From NCBI GenBank assembly GCA_013265495.1, contig MU062811.1, positions 3,443,462 to 3,507,461 of the forward strand: a stretch of 64,000 nucleotides of DNA, written 5' to 3'. The position numbers were made by a program, and so were the translations under genes. A model generated the notes under the pieces. The model did not search any database and was not told where the DNA came from. It saw nothing but the letters and a program-made list of their open reading frames with translations. Shown here piece by piece: positions 62,531-64,000 of the stretch (position 1 is its first letter; each line of letters starts with the position of its first letter). The DNA is from Vicugna vicugna. Taxonomy: Eukaryota.

Positions 62531-64000
62531 GAAAGAAAAAGATGGACTTGAAAATGAACAGAAGTCACTGCAAAAAGAAGCCTTCACTGTTCCAGAGGGA
62601 ATTTCCAGCAGATACGAGTAGGAGGAGGAGGAAACATGAGCTGCAGTCAGTCTCTGGCTTGCCGTGAGGTCATGCACATTTTTCCTGCTTGGTTCTAGAT
62701 GCTATTTCTGTTAGAATTGAGAGGAAGCCCGTGTCTTGGAACCCAGGCGAGAAAGGAAGCAGTATCTGTGGATGTCAGCCTTGTCCATTATCCCTGAATA
62801 AAAGGCAGGCACATCGCCTCCCTATCACAGGGCGATCTTTTTTGTGCCCGCCCTCCTGGGCAGGGAAGAGTCTCCAGTGCAGCTCAGACAGAGCAGAGTT
62901 CACACGCTGGAAGGGCTGACAGACCCCCGTGGGAAATATCTGCTCCCAAGTAGAAAATGAAAGGAGTGTGTTGGAAACACTCCTCTCACTGACATCTGGA
63001 GTCTGACCCTACACCTCCTGCCTTGTGAAAAAAACAATGGACTTGAGATCCAGCAGGGAGAAGGCATCTTTCTGGTCACTGACCTAGGATTCCTTTAAAC
63101 ACACTTGACCTCTCAAACCTTGGTTTCCTCATCTGCAAAGTTGAGGGTGCTAAGGCTGAGCCTCAGAGAGCAGACAATCCGAACCCCACTGAGTCCTCAG
63201 TGGCCTCACTGCAGGGCAGGAACCCTCTTGTCTCTTGGCTGCTTTGACCAAGTGCTTCTTTGCAGATGAAAGGGCTGCCTTGGTGCCATCTGCACCCAGT
63301 AGGTGCTCAGTGTCCATGGCATCAGTGATCATATTTTATTTACCTGTCTCACTAGCTTGGGGGAAGATGCTGGTGCACTTTATCTGAAGGTTGGGTATCT
63401 GAGCACTCTGAGGCAGCATAGCACGGTGGCTGCCTGGCTGCCTGGATTGGAATTCCAGCTTTGCCCCTCACCTGTGACCTTTGACAGATTCTTTAAGTTC
63501 TCTAAGCCTGCATTTCCTCATCTATAAAATGGTGGGAGTGGTGATAATACCTAATTCATGCATGCACCTCTTGTGAGTCTATAAAAGATTTGCTTTTAAA
63601 TATGAGTTTGCTTTTTTTTTTAATGATCAAAATATAGGAAGCAAATGAAACTGATGACTCTTCACCTGTCCATGAACGTGGCTGCCTCCAGGAGCGCGAT
63701 CCCAGGCACTGTTCACACACTCTGTGGACTGTTTCTGTAATATCTGAATTTTTACAGTAAGCACGCCTGGCCTTTGAAATCAGAAAAGTAAGATTTGAAA
63801 GTGTGGTAATGCATGTAGAGCATTTTAACCTTAAGCCTTGACAGCTGCAGGGATTGTTACTATTATGAATGACCTTAGCCCTGCCCCTTCTCCTCCGTGC
63901 CTCAGTGTCTCCATCTGTAAGGTAGTCTGGCCTGCCTGCCTCTGTGCCGGCAGCACTGTGGGAAGGTGAGGGCGGGGTCTCCTTGGTCCTTCAATCTGAC

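Overview
Mammalian genomic DNA, not prokaryotic. It is a gene-dense segment with the same gene order as human 11q13.1, read in reverse: CATSPER1 (+, 12 exons), CST6 (-, 3), BANF1 (-, 2 coding), EIF1AD (+, 5 coding), SART1 (-, 20) and the last 3 exons of TSGA10IP (-). At least seven copies of a tRNA-Ala-derived SINE point to a camelid (alpaca/camel-type) genome; this is inference. Exon boundaries were worked out by hand from splice dinucleotides, reading-frame continuity and recalled human protein sequences. CST6, BANF1, EIF1AD and SART1 give intact ORFs of 147, 89, 166 and 803 aa. CATSPER1 exon 1 and the last TSGA10IP exon carry 1-bp indels in C-runs, probably assembly errors. I found no clearly novel gene system. 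The most unusual structure is a rearranged LINE-1 (ORF1 joined to inverted ORF2 pieces and a non-L1 spacer) present twice, about 24 kb apart and in opposite orientations, with the same junctions. Other leads: an Arg-to-Trp change in the CATSPER1 S4 voltage sensor, a U12-like intron in CATSPER1, a GC-AG intron in SART1 and a decayed ERV-L pro-pol remnant. Two N gaps: 7403-7451 and 35017-35160.
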